Assembly: GCA_963663545.1 (NCBI GenBank)
Contig: OY760505.1
Coordinates: 448,001-512,000 of the forward strand
Origin: Candidatus Delongbacteria bacterium
GTDB taxonomy: Bacteria > CAIWAD01
Direction of reading: 5' to 3'
DNA length: 64,000 nucleotides
Shown here piece after piece: positions 40,132-49,816 of this stretch. The translations under genes were made by a program, and so were the position numbers. Every line of letters begins with the position of its first letter. The stretch's first letter is position 1. Under the pieces are notes generated by a model. The model was not told where the DNA came from. It saw only the letters and a program-made list of their open reading frames with translations, and searched no databases.

Positions 40132-43100
40132 TCAAGGTCTTGGCTGTGTTCCAGAGGGAGTAGGAACACGGTAGAAGAGGGAGTAGAGAATTGGGACGAA
40201 AATCAGGGTCAGCACCGTGGCGAAGAGCAGACCAAACATGATCGTGATCGCCATGCTTTCCCACAGCGGTCCGCCGCCAAGACAGAGAGGCACCAGACCG
40301 CCCACGGTGGTCGCCGTGGTCAGAATGATCGGACGCAGACGCCCCCGTCCGGCGGCAATAATGCCTTCGACGGGTTCCATGCCGTTTTCATCGATTTCAA
40401 TTCGTATCCGATCCAGCAGCACATTGCCGTTGTTGATCAAGATGCCGAAGAGGCTGATGACGCCCAGAATCGCCAGAAAGCCCATGTCGCCGCGTAATAC
40501 AAAGAGACCGACATTGACTCCGATCATGGACAGCGGCAACGTTAACAGAATGATCGCCGGTCCACGCAGGTTATTGAACTGTAACACGAGCAGGAAGACG
40601 ATCAGCATCAGCGCAATGGGCAGCTTCTCAAAGATGGAGTCCTGCGCCTCCTTGGAGCTCTCCTCCTCGCCACCAAGCTCGTAACGATAACCGAGGGGCC
40701 ATTGCTTGGCGTGCTCGGCGAGCCGAGGTCCAAAACGCGTCAGGAATTCGGTTGGTGTGAGACCGGCCTCCAGGTGCGAGCCCACAGTCAAGGTCTTCAT
40801 GCGATCGCGACGTGGAATACGCGAGTAATCCCAGTGAGGCACCAAATCGGCCACTTGCCGCAGGGGCACCGAAATGCCGCGACTCTGCGAACTGATGGGC
40901 AGAGTTTCCAGGCGACCGATGCTCAGATCCTCCGCCGCTTCACTTCGTAACACAATGGGCAGACGATCTTCGCCTTCGCGATACTCGCTGATGGTCAGGC
41001 CGCTCAGGGTTCCTTGCAGAGCCAGAGCCACGTCCTGGTGGGTGATTCCCGCACGCTGGGCGCGGTAGGCGTCCACATCCACGACCAGCTTCTTGACGCG
41101 GCGCCCCCAGTCATCGCTGATCTGCTGTGATCCAGGAGTACTGGCCAGCAGAGACTGTACTTCCGCAGACAGGGCAAAGAGCTGCTCCGCATCCGGACCC
41201 GAAATGCGCACCTCGATCGGTGTACTTACGGGTACGCCCATGGGTAAACCTTCGACTACTCGATCCACGTCGGCAAAGTGATGATCGATGAAGTTCGTGA
41301 TACGTTGGATAGCCTCCTCGGCTGCTTTGTAGCTGGTGGCGTCAAACAAGTAGCGGATCTGCTCTTCGCCGGGAGGAGTTGCGTCGGCAGAAAGTTTGTA
41401 ACGCGGCATACCACCACCAATGAAGGCGGCCCAATGCGTGATACCGGTCTCGCGACCCTCAGCGACCAGCAGACTATCGCGCATGAAGGCTTCGAGCTCG
41501 TTGTTCATGGCCAGCGTCCGTATATACGGGCTGCCTTTCGGCAGGTCGATCTTGGCGTGGAACACGCTTACTTCGTCATGCGGGAAGAAGGTCTTGGGCA
41601 CAAATCGTCCCAGATAGTTCCCTCCGACAAAAAGCCCCAGAATGACGAGCAGAGTTGTAACACGGTGCTGCAAAAGCACACGCAGTGTATCACCGTACCA
41701 GCGGGTCAGCCCCTCCAATCCGGATTTGGTGCTCTTCGACGGCTTCAAAAAGCGCACGCAGAGCAAGGGAATCATGGTCTGGGAAAGCAGCCAGCTGCAA
41801 ACCAGGGCCAGCGCGATAACGCGAAACAGATCCAGGCAGAACTCGCCCACATTGCTCTCCGCCAGCGAAATGGGCAGAAAGGCGCTGATAATGGAAAGCG
41901 AGGAAGTCAGCAGCGGAAAACCGAGCTGACGGCTGGCGGCCAGCGCCGCATCCTCCACGGGAACGCCCTGTTCCATCTGCACCAGAATGGACTCGGACAT
42001 CACGATGGAATTGTCCACCAGAATGCCCAGCGCAATCATCAGCGCCGCCAGACTGACCATGTTGATGGTGATACCAAACACGGGCATCGCGGCGATGCTC
42101 ATCAGCACGGTCATGGGAATCAGCGTGCCGACAATCAGACCTGTGCGACGCCCCAGCCAGAGCAGCATGACGCCAAAGACGATGGCGATGGACTGCAGCA
42201 GGTTGATCACAAAATTGTCGACCACACCGCGAACGACTTCCGACTCCTGATAGACGGGGTGCATGTGCAATCCAAGTGGCAGCGATTGTTTGAGCTCGTC
42301 AAGACGCGCGTGCACAATGTCGCCCAGCTCAATAATGTTGCCTCCGTCGCTCATGGAAATGCCCATGCCCAGCGCGGGTTCGCCACTGAAATGCAATCCG
42401 CTGGAAGCCGGGTCCACCGTGCGTCGTGATACATTGGCAATGTCACCTAGCTGTATCACACCGTCGCCGCCGGGAAGAGTGAAGCTCAACTCCCGTAGTG
42501 CCTGCACCGACTCCAGGTTTCCCGTGGGCTCAATCAGCACCTGCTCCAGGCCTATGTCGACGCGACCGCCGGGCATAAGAATGTTGTGCGCCGCCAGAAT
42601 CTGACGCAACTGGCCTGAAGTGAGATTGTAGCGTGCCAGTCGTGCCGGATCGTACTCCAGATAGACGCGCTCTTCCTGACTGCCGTAAATCTCCACCTTG
42701 GCTACATGGGGCAGGCGCAGCAGCTCGTCGCGGATCTGGTCGGCGTAGTGCTTCAATTCGACAAGGTCATAGCCCTCGCCTGTGAGACAGTAGAGCAGAC
42801 CGTAGACGTCGCCGAAGTCGTCGTTGACGATGGGACCGATAACGCCTGCGGGCAAGCTTCCGCTGACGGCTTCCACCTTGCGACGCAGCTCATCCCAGAT
42901 GGGACGAAGGTTGTCCTCGCTGGCCTTGATGTTGACATAGACGGTGCTGATGCCTGCACTGGATTCGCTGCTGACGTAGTCCAGCGTAGAGATTTCCTGG
43001 ATCTTCTTCTCCAGCGGATCCGTGATCAGCTCCTCGACGCGCTCGGGGCTGGCACCGGGGAATAGGGTGGTGATGGCCGCCGTACGAATGATGAACTCGG

Positions 43101-43212
43101 GCGTTTCCTTTTTCGTGATTGAGAAATAAGTCTGCACCCCCATCAGCGCAAGCATGACCAGCAGAATGGCCGTCACCGTGCGCTTTCGCAGGCTGAACTC
43201 GGTGAGATTCAT
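40132..43212 (-). CDS. RND efflux permease (AcrB family)
   Basis: About 1026 aa; PGASPERVE, LGILVDNSIV, RLRPIILTT. Confidence 0.95.
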   Translation of the reverse strand: MNLTEFSLRKRTVTAILLVMLALMGVQTYFSITKKETPEFIIRTAAITTLFPGASPERVEELITDPLEKKIQEISTLDYVSSESSAGISTVYVNIKASEDNLRPIWDELRRKVEAVSGSLPAGVIGPIVNDDFGDVYGLLYCLTGEGYDLVELKHYADQIRDELLRLPHVAKVEIYGSQEERVYLEYDPARLARYNLTSGQLRQILAAHNILMPGGRVDIGLEQVLIEPTGNLESVQALRELSFTLPGGDGVIQLGDIANVSRRTVDPASSGLHFSGEPALGMGISMSDGGNIIELGDIVHARLDELKQSLPLGLHMHPVYQESEVVRGVVDNFVINLLQSIAIVFGVMLLWLGRRTGLIVGTLIPMTVLMSIAAMPVFGITINMVSLAALMIALGILVDNSIVMSESILVQMEQGVPVEDAALAASRQLGFPLLTSSLSIISAFLPISLAESNVGEFCLDLFRVIALALVCSWLLSQTMIPLLCVRFLKPSKSTKSGLEGLTRWYGDTLRVLLQHRVTTLLVILGLFVGGNYLGRFVPKTFFPHDEVSVFHAKIDLPKGSPYIRTLAMNNELEAFMRDSLLVAEGRETGITHWAAFIGGGMPRYKLSADATPPGEEQIRYLFDATSYKAAEEAIQRITNFIDHHFADVDRVVEGLPMGVPVSTPIEVRISGPDAEQLFALSAEVQSLLASTPGSQQISDDWGRRVKKLVVDVDAYRAQRAGITHQDVALALQGTLSGLTISEYREGEDRLPIVLRSEAAEDLSIGRLETLPISSQSRGISVPLRQVADLVPHWDYSRIPRRDRMKTLTVGSHLEAGLTPTEFLTRFGPRLAEHAKQWPLGYRYELGGEEESSKEAQDSIFEKLPIALMLIVFLLVLQFNNLRGPAIILLTLPLSMIGVNVGLFVLRGDMGFLAILGVISLFGILINNGNVLLDRIRIEIDENGMEPVEGIIAAGRGRLRPIILTTATTVGGLVPLCLGGGPLWESMAITIMFGLLFATVLTLIFVPILYSLFYRVPTPSGTQPRP

Positions 43213-43222
43213 ACCGGCCTCC

Positions 43223-44308
43223 TTACTGCAGTCGCACGCGCAGGCCGTCGTGGACCTGGCTGACACCGGCTGTTACCACCACATCGCCCTCGCTCAGGCC
43301 ATCCAGTACCTGAAGGCCATGCTCACCCAGGCTGCCCACCTCAACCGTGACACGCCGTGCCACGGCCAGGCTGTCACCGATTTCCTGTAACACGTAGACA
43401 TAGCGACCGTCTTGATCCTCGCCCACAGCGTAGGCGTTGACCCACAGACTGCCGACTTCGCTACCTGCCTCCAGGCTGACTTCGGCCGCCATGCCGGAAC
43501 GGGCTCCCTTGGGCCATTCCGTAAGGTCGAGTGTCACGGGATAGGTAGCACCAACGCCCACGGAAGCGGTTCCTGTCTCACGCACAACGGCCAGGATTTC
43601 ACTTCGACCCAGAGCAGGCAAATCCACCAGCGCACTCTGACCGACCACCACGTCGGCGATCATCGACTCAGGAACATGTATCACCACCTCCATGGCGTCC
43701 TGTGAGACAAGCTCAATGACAGGATCCCCGGGTGACACATTCTCGCTTTCCTCTACCATCAGCTTGGCTACAGTAGCACGATACGGTGCCCGAAGAATGG
43801 TGTAATCAAGCTGCCGTCGAGCCAGCTCCATCTGGCTGCGAGCCTGTGTCACACCCGCAATGGCAGATTCCGCCTGCGCTCGTGCGCCGTCCAGATCCTG
43901 TCGGGACGCATTTCCTGAGGCATAGAGCTGCTGCGTGCGGTGCCAGGTCTGACTGGCGCTGCGCTCCATCGCCTCGGCTCGTGTAGACGCAGCACTGGCC
44001 TGCTCGTATTGCAGGCTTGCATCTTCGTCTTCAAGGCGAATCAGCTCCTGGCCAACCAGCACTTGCTGGCCGACGCGTACCAACACATCCTTGACCACGC
44101 CACCTGTGCGGAAGGAGACCTTGCTCTCATTGCCAGCCTGAATCGAGCCGTTGTAAACACGCTCTCCGCCGTGGGCGGCGCGTGTCACCTGTTCGTGTCT
44201 CACCAGCGGTGGCAAAGACTGAGTGTCCATACTCTCCTTTGCGCAACCCGCCAGCAGAACCAATGCTGCCAGTAGGGCCAATGTCTGTCGATGTATCACG
44301 TGTTTCAT
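43223..44308 (-). CDS. RND periplasmic adaptor (membrane fusion lipoprotein)
   Basis: Lipobox LAGC; biotinyl-like halves and hairpin; GLSEGDVVVTAG. Confidence 0.94.
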   Translation of the reverse strand: MKHVIHRQTLALLAALVLLAGCAKESMDTQSLPPLVRHEQVTRAAHGGERVYNGSIQAGNESKVSFRTGGVVKDVLVRVGQQVLVGQELIRLEDEDASLQYEQASAASTRAEAMERSASQTWHRTQQLYASGNASRQDLDGARAQAESAIAGVTQARSQMELARRQLDYTILRAPYRATVAKLMVEESENVSPGDPVIELVSQDAMEVVIHVPESMIADVVVGQSALVDLPALGRSEILAVVRETGTASVGVGATYPVTLDLTEWPKGARSGMAAEVSLEAGSEVGSLWVNAYAVGEDQDGRYVYVLQEIGDSLAVARRVTVEVGSLGEHGLQVLDGLSEGDVVVTAGVSQVHDGLRVRLQ

Positions 44309-46713
44309 TTTGTTTCTCCTTCACTACTGCGCATTGCCTCATTGTAGCGGGCAAGGCGAGCTGCGGCTTCTTCCTGATCCAACAGCAAGCTGAAGCTTCC
44401 CGTCAACCGTTCAACACCCAGCACGTTGGCCAGAAAGGTGTAAATGGCCAGATCTGCAGCCTCCTGTGCCGATCGATCCGCGTTCTGCGCGTCGATCAGA
44501 TCCAGTACGCCAACGGCTCCCTGTGCGTAGGCGCGTACAATGGCTTCACGCGCAGCGCTTGTCTCACGGGCAGCGCGTTCGGCATGGCTGATGTTGCGCC
44601 AGGCGGCTGCGGTCTCCTGAAACTGCCCGCGTAGTGCGGATTCCAGTTTCTGCGCTGCAAAAGCCTTTGTCACACGCGACTGCTGCAGTTCATAGCGCGA
44701 AGTGCGCATCTCGGCCAGCGAACTTCCACCTGTAAACAGCGGCAGACTGGCACCGACGCCCACCTGCCAGTTCTCATCCGGGGCTTCGCTAATCAGCGCC
44801 GAAACGAGCGGAGCGAACTCGGCGGGTACACTGGAAGCATCAAAGCCCTCACTTCCGGCACCGGAGCGGTCATGAATCCAATTGTACTGTGCCTCAACGC
44901 CAATGACGGGTACGAAGAACTTCAGCCGGCTCGACAACAGCGCACGCTCGCGCAGTGCGACTACTTCGTCCAACTGCTTAAGCGCTGGTGCATGCGCCAG
45001 GCAATCGGCCACTAGCATATCCTCGATCTGCTGGAAGCGCGCGGGATTGTCCACCGCCAGCGCCAGCGGTGCGTAACGGCGCACCAGACTGTCCGCGGGA
45101 ACAAGGCCATCGCTCAATTCCAGGCTCTCATCCAGGGGCAGGTTGAGTTGCCGAGACAGCTCTAGACGTGTTTTGGCAGCACGCGCCTTGGCCGTAACCA
45201 ATTCCTGTCGCGTCTGGGCCAGCTGCGCCTCCCAGCGGTGCAGTTCGGCGGTGCCCGCTCCTCCCGCAGACTCGCGCAGGCGAGCCAGGTCGCGATACTC
45301 GCGGCTGCGATCCAGATGCTCGCTTAACACGCGTACCTGCACCTCGGTCATCAGGACTTGCAGATAGGCCAGGCCCGCAGCCAGTTCGGCATCAAGAGTC
45401 TGATCCGCAAGCCCTAGTTCGCGTGATACAGCCAGGCGTTTCTGAATGCTCAGATTAGCCCAGGCACCTTCAGCAAACACCGTCTGTTTAACACTGAAGT
45501 GGCTGGACAAGGTCTGCTCCGCAGTCTGTCCCATACTGGCGGAAGCACGATCCTCATCGATGCGCGCCAGGCTGCTACCCACCTCCAGTTCGGGCAGGAG
45601 CAGTGCACGCGCTTGTGTCACATCGCCGCGCGCTGCATCCACTTCTAGGCGATGGCCCTCCAATTCCAGCCCCTGAGAACCGGCGAGTTGCATGCTCTGA
45701 CGCAGATCCAGTTTGTGAGTGCCGCCCTTGCCGCCCTCAAGCAGAACCGCTTCGTCCAGCAGATCCCAGCCGGGACTGAAGTGCACTGTGGCCGCGACAC
45801 GCTGGTTCAATACCGGACGGCGGCGCTGCTCCACGTTTACTTCCACGCTCATCGCCATTCCTAGCTGGCTATCTTCAAGCAGATTCTGCACGCGCAAGGC
45901 AAGCATGCGCGAGACTTCACGCTTTACCTGCTGCAGAGAAAACCCGAGCATCGCGCCAGCGAGGACTTCCTGTTCACCCATTCCGGTAGCTGTTTTTACA
46001 CCGCGCAGACTCAGGCGCGCGTAGAGCTCCTTGCGCTGCAACAGGCTCATCTGTGTATACCAGGGCACATACACCAAGTCGCAGTCTGCGGGGATGGACT
46101 GCATCACGGTGGCAACATCCACTGGTGAAGGCAGCAGTGTGACCCGCAATGGATCACGCCCATCTTCACTTGTTGCCTTGGCGATCTCCCTCAGCAGAGC
46201 CTGCTGACGAACAAGGCCAGTCTCGTCCTGCCAAACCGGCAGTACAACGGCGGCGTGTGATACATGCAGCGCATCACGCATCAGCATCAGATCCACTGCA
46301 GTTGGATCGGGAGCGCCACCGCAATCAACGCCCTTGTGACACAAACCAAGACTCAGCTTCTGGGTCGTGTTGCTCAAACCCGCCTCAGCGGCACGCAGGA
46401 CTTCTGCTCCCAGAAAGACAGCCAGGTCAGCGGGATTGGCATCAAGCAGGCTGTCCAGGCGCGCGTTCAGCGGGTAAGGCGCGCAGGCCGTTCCTGGCAG
46501 TTCCAGGGTTGTAACACGCGGTGCCGGCTGGCCGTCGTAGAGAGCCAGTATCTCCTGGCGCAACTCGGGACGCAGATCCAAGGTTGTTTCGGCGGCATCA
46601 CTAAGTAGCAGGATTCGGGGTGATTCAGGCGTGTTCTGAGCGAAAAGGGGTACTGCGAGCACTGCACCCAGCAGCAGCGTCAACAGCCCGGAAGGTACTC
46701 TAGGCATTTGCAC
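44305..46713 (-). CDS. TolC family outer membrane factor with about 330-aa N-terminal extension
   Basis: Two OEP repeats in the C-terminal ~460 aa (ALLLPELEV, YAQGAVGVLDLIDAQ); signal peptide. Confidence 0.88.
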   Translation of the reverse strand: MQMPRVPSGLLTLLLGAVLAVPLFAQNTPESPRILLLSDAAETTLDLRPELRQEILALYDGQPAPRVTTLELPGTACAPYPLNARLDSLLDANPADLAVFLGAEVLRAAEAGLSNTTQKLSLGLCHKGVDCGGAPDPTAVDLMLMRDALHVSHAAVVLPVWQDETGLVRQQALLREIAKATSEDGRDPLRVTLLPSPVDVATVMQSIPADCDLVYVPWYTQMSLLQRKELYARLSLRGVKTATGMGEQEVLAGAMLGFSLQQVKREVSRMLALRVQNLLEDSQLGMAMSVEVNVEQRRRPVLNQRVAATVHFSPGWDLLDEAVLLEGGKGGTHKLDLRQSMQLAGSQGLELEGHRLEVDAARGDVTQARALLLPELEVGSSLARIDEDRASASMGQTAEQTLSSHFSVKQTVFAEGAWANLSIQKRLAVSRELGLADQTLDAELAAGLAYLQVLMTEVQVRVLSEHLDRSREYRDLARLRESAGGAGTAELHRWEAQLAQTRQELVTAKARAAKTRLELSRQLNLPLDESLELSDGLVPADSLVRRYAPLALAVDNPARFQQIEDMLVADCLAHAPALKQLDEVVALRERALLSSRLKFFVPVIGVEAQYNWIHDRSGAGSEGFDASSVPAEFAPLVSALISEAPDENWQVGVGASLPLFTGGSSLAEMRTSRYELQQSRVTKAFAAQKLESALRGQFQETAAAWRNISHAERAARETSAAREAIVRAYAQGAVGVLDLIDAQNADRSAQEAADLAIYTFLANVLGVERLTGSFSLLLDQEEAAARLARYNEAMRSSEGETK

Positions 46714-46993
46714 TCTCCCTGTTGAGGGATACTTCCACTAGACAGTCACGTTCTAGAATACCGTAATTCTTCATGCGAGTCGCGATCTCCTGCCCAAATA
46801 CTGAGGGCAATTCAGCTTCTTCCGACCAGTCCAGAGCCAGCACCAGATCCCAGTCAGCGGCCATGCGACGGAATACCCTCATGGACTTCAAGCCCCTGAC
46901 TCCCGCAGCGAGGGCACCAATCTGGCGCAGCTCCTGCACCAAATCAGCACTCATGGCCGTTCGTAGACGAATCAGCATACATTCCAATCGCAT
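46700..46993 (-). CDS. Small hypothetical protein, first gene of the efflux operon
   Basis: AGGAG RBS before ATG 46993; overlaps the TolC start. Confidence 0.7.
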   Translation of the reverse strand: MRLECMLIRLRTAMSADLVQELRQIGALAAGVRGLKSMRVFRRMAADWDLVLALDWSEEAELPSVFGQEIATRMKNYGILERDCLVEVSLNRESANA

Positions 46994-47018
46994 GGTCGCT
47001 CCTGAAAGACCGGCCACA

Positions 47019-47036
47019 TAGCAAAGCTAGGGCCAG
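47019..47036 (-). promoter_or_regulatory. Sigma54 promoter of the efflux operon
   Basis: Minus strand CTGGCCCTAGCTTTGCTA (GG-N10-GC). Confidence 0.75.
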
Positions 47037-47089
47037 TTAGATATCTCCTTTGTTTTCAGCGTGATAACCCAAAGGCGGGTAAACCTATC

Positions 47090-47152
47090 GCGATATTTCG
47101 CAATTCCGCCTCAGCCTACTGGCGATATTTCGCTCTCATCGCGATATTTCGC
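47090..47152. promoter_or_regulatory. Three exact GCGATATTTCGC copies, probable enhancer/operator sites
   Basis: Copies at 47090-47101, 47122-47133 and 47141-47152; near-palindromic. Confidence 0.8.
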
Positions 47153-47154
47153 GC

Positions 47155-48699
47155 ATGAACAATGCAGAATTCTTTCGCGATGTGACCCTGCGAATTGCGG
47201 GCGATCTTGAAATCGCACCGGCCATGCACTCGGTGTTTGCCTACCTGCGCTCCCTGTTACCGCTGGACACCCTGCGCTTGATTTTTGTGGATGAGGAAAA
47301 CGACCGGCTTTCGATCATAGCACGCGTGGATCACAAGGGCGTCAATGCGCCTGAGGATCATGATTTGGGCACGCTCTCGCCTGAATTCGTCGCCTGGATT
47401 GAAAAGAAGATGTATCACATGCTCGATAAGCAGTGTGAGTGTGTGAACTACCCCTACCCGGATCCCGACCTCTCGCAGCTCATCTCACGTATGCCGGGCA
47501 TCTCCGATCTGGATGGGCACAGCCTGATGGTAGTCAATCTTCGCCTGCAGGAGCGCGATCTGGGGAAGCTGATCTTCTCGTCCGTCAAACCGCAGGCCTA
47601 CACGAACGAGCATCTTGATCTCGTACGCCAGCTCAACGACCCTTTCGCCCTCGCGCTGACCAACGCGCTGCGCTACCGCGAGCTGGAGCGACTGCATCGG
47701 CGTCTGCAGGACGACAACCGGCAGATCCAACTCGAACTGGCGCAGCGTACCGGTGACCAGGTCGTTGGCTCTGATTTCGGCCTGCGTGGCGTGATGCAAC
47801 TCGTACGACAAGTGGCCCCCTTGTCCAGCCCTGTGTTGCTGCTGGGTGAGACCGGCACAGGAAAGGAAGTGATTGCACAGACGATCCATCAGTTCAGCGA
47901 CCGGCGCGAAGGGCCGCTGGTGCGCGTGCAGTGCGGGGCCATCCCCGACAGCCTGCTGGACAGTGAGCTTTTCGGCCACGAGGCGGGGGCCTTTACCGGC
48001 GCCATCAGCACTCAGCGTGGCCGCTTCGAGCGCGCGCACGGCGGTACGATCTTCCTGGATGAAATCGGTGAGCTGACGTTGCCGGCGCAGGTCAAGCTCT
48101 TGCGCATCCTGCAGGAGAAGGAGTTCGAGCGCCTGGGGTCGGCTGAAACACGCAAGGTCGATGTTCGCGTCATCGCAGCCACGCATCGCGATCTGCCCGC
48201 ACTTGTACGCGCCGGACAGTTCCGTGAGGATCTGTGGTTTCGCCTCAACGTCTTCCCCATACTGCTGCCACCCTTGCGTGAGCGCATCGAGGACTTGCCG
48301 GTTCTTGTGCAACACTTCATTCGTCGCAAAGGCCAGGAAATGGGTCTCAGTACTCTGCCCCTTCTTCGTGCTGAAGATCTTGAACTCTTGCGTAGCTACA
48401 ATTGGCCGGGCAATGTGCGCGAGCTGCAAAACATCATTGAACGCTCTCTGATACTGGGAGGAGGTCGCGAACTGGCACTGCCCCCCTTGCGGCTGCGCGA
48501 GTCGCCGTCTACCGGCGATGTCACACAGGAACAGAAGTGGCCTGACTTGGACAGCGTGATACGTCGACATATTCGTGATACACTGAACAGGTGTCACGGC
48601 CGCATCAGTGGAAAAGAGGGTGCTGCGAGTGTGCTGGGAGTGAACGCCAGCACACTGCGTTCGCGCATGAAAAAGCTGGGGATTGCTTCACCGCACTAA
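47155..48699 (+). CDS. Sigma54-dependent activator (GAF-AAA+-HTH, FhlA/NifA-like)
   Basis: GETGTGKE, ELFGHEAGAFTGA, FLDEIGE, WPGNVREL, Fis-type HTH. Confidence 0.96.
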   Translation: MNNAEFFRDVTLRIAGDLEIAPAMHSVFAYLRSLLPLDTLRLIFVDEENDRLSIIARVDHKGVNAPEDHDLGTLSPEFVAWIEKKMYHMLDKQCECVNYPYPDPDLSQLISRMPGISDLDGHSLMVVNLRLQERDLGKLIFSSVKPQAYTNEHLDLVRQLNDPFALALTNALRYRELERLHRRLQDDNRQIQLELAQRTGDQVVGSDFGLRGVMQLVRQVAPLSSPVLLLGETGTGKEVIAQTIHQFSDRREGPLVRVQCGAIPDSLLDSELFGHEAGAFTGAISTQRGRFERAHGGTIFLDEIGELTLPAQVKLLRILQEKEFERLGSAETRKVDVRVIAATHRDLPALVRAGQFREDLWFRLNVFPILLPPLRERIEDLPVLVQHFIRRKGQEMGLSTLPLLRAEDLELLRSYNWPGNVRELQNIIERSLILGGGRELALPPLRLRESPSTGDVTQEQKWPDLDSVIRRHIRDTLNRCHGRISGKEGAASVLGVNASTLRSRMKKLGIASPH

Positions 48700-48833
48700 T
48701 CGAACTTGGGGCTTAAAGCACCTGACAGCAGCTCGCTACTCTTCTCATTCGAAGCTCAGGTTTGATCTGCTCACGAGGAGTGAATTGATGTGTCACGTAC
48801 TGCTGATCCAATTGCTGAAAATGTGTCCGCTCA

Positions 48834-49277
48834 CTAGACTCCGCTTCGAAGAGTATCAGCCCTCATCGTGGCCAGCGACCCGACCACCAGATCGACTCCA
48901 GGGCAAGTTTGAGAACGCTCCGGAATCCATGTATCTCCACTGCGCGGCGCAGGAAGCACTTCACGTGTTACACCGCTATGGGACCCGGCCGCCCCGAAGC
49001 CAAGCACAACACCAAGCAGTAGCGTCGCCACCATGCCTGCAACCCGGCGCGGCAACCTGGTGCGCATGCTGGTTCGCGCTCGCGGGAGTACGGGTACAGC
49101 CAAGGGGGGCAACCCCAGACCGAAATCTGCGATCCCGGCCACTTCCTGCTGAACCTGTGTAACACGGGTGGCACATGTCTCACAGCGCTCAAGGTGGGCG
49201 TGACACGCTTCCCCTTCGGCTTCGCTTAGCGTATCCAGGCAGAAGGCCAGAATTTGATCTTCGCTCAGATGTTCCAT
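48834..49277 (-). CDS. Zinc-finger (HxxxCxxC) anti-sigma factor
   Basis: HLERCETC followed by one TM helix; overlaps the end of the ECF sigma gene. Confidence 0.88.
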   Translation of the reverse strand: MEHLSEDQILAFCLDTLSEAEGEACHAHLERCETCATRVTQVQQEVAGIADFGLGLPPLAVPVLPRARTSMRTRLPRRVAGMVATLLLGVVLGFGAAGSHSGVTREVLPAPRSGDTWIPERSQTCPGVDLVVGSLATMRADTLRSGV

Positions 49278-49816
49278 GGATGCAGTCCTTCTTTTCGCAA
49301 GCGCTCGCGTATGCTTTGAACGGCGTGATACAGACGGGACTTGACGGTTCCCGGAGGAATGGATAGCTGCTCCGCCGTTTCTTCAACGGATAGGCCAGCG
49401 ACAAGCCGCAGCACGATCACTTGTCGTTGGGGCTCTGGCAGCTGCTCCAGGGCCCTTCCCAGATGGTGATCGCGCTCACGGGTCAGCAAGCGCTGATCGC
49501 TTTGCTGACTTCCCGCTGGCTCAGGAAGCGGCTCCCAGTCACAGACGCGCCGATGTCGCTGGCTCTCCTTGATCGCCAATCGCCAGGCGGCTGTTGCCAG
49601 ATAGCCGCGCAGACTTTCCGTGACACACGGCGGATCACGGCGCAGAAGCCTTAGGAAACACTCCTGTGCTACATCCGCCGCCAGATCCCGTGATCCAAGA
49701 ACGGCGAAGGCGGTGCGCTGCAGCGCATCGCCATGCCGGGCTACCAGGGTGGCCCAAGCCTTCTGCTCACCCCGGCGTGCCGCGGCAAGCAAATCCCGGT
49801 CGCTCAGGGCTTCCAT
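49265..49816 (-). CDS. ECF sigma-70 factor
   Basis: ADVAQECF (region 2); LSVEETAEQLSIPPGTVKSRL (region 4). Confidence 0.94.
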   Translation of the reverse strand: MEALSDRDLLAAARRGEQKAWATLVARHGDALQRTAFAVLGSRDLAADVAQECFLRLLRRDPPCVTESLRGYLATAAWRLAIKESQRHRRVCDWEPLPEPAGSQQSDQRLLTRERDHHLGRALEQLPEPQRQVIVLRLVAGLSVEETAEQLSIPPGTVKSRLYHAVQSIRERLRKEGLHPWNI

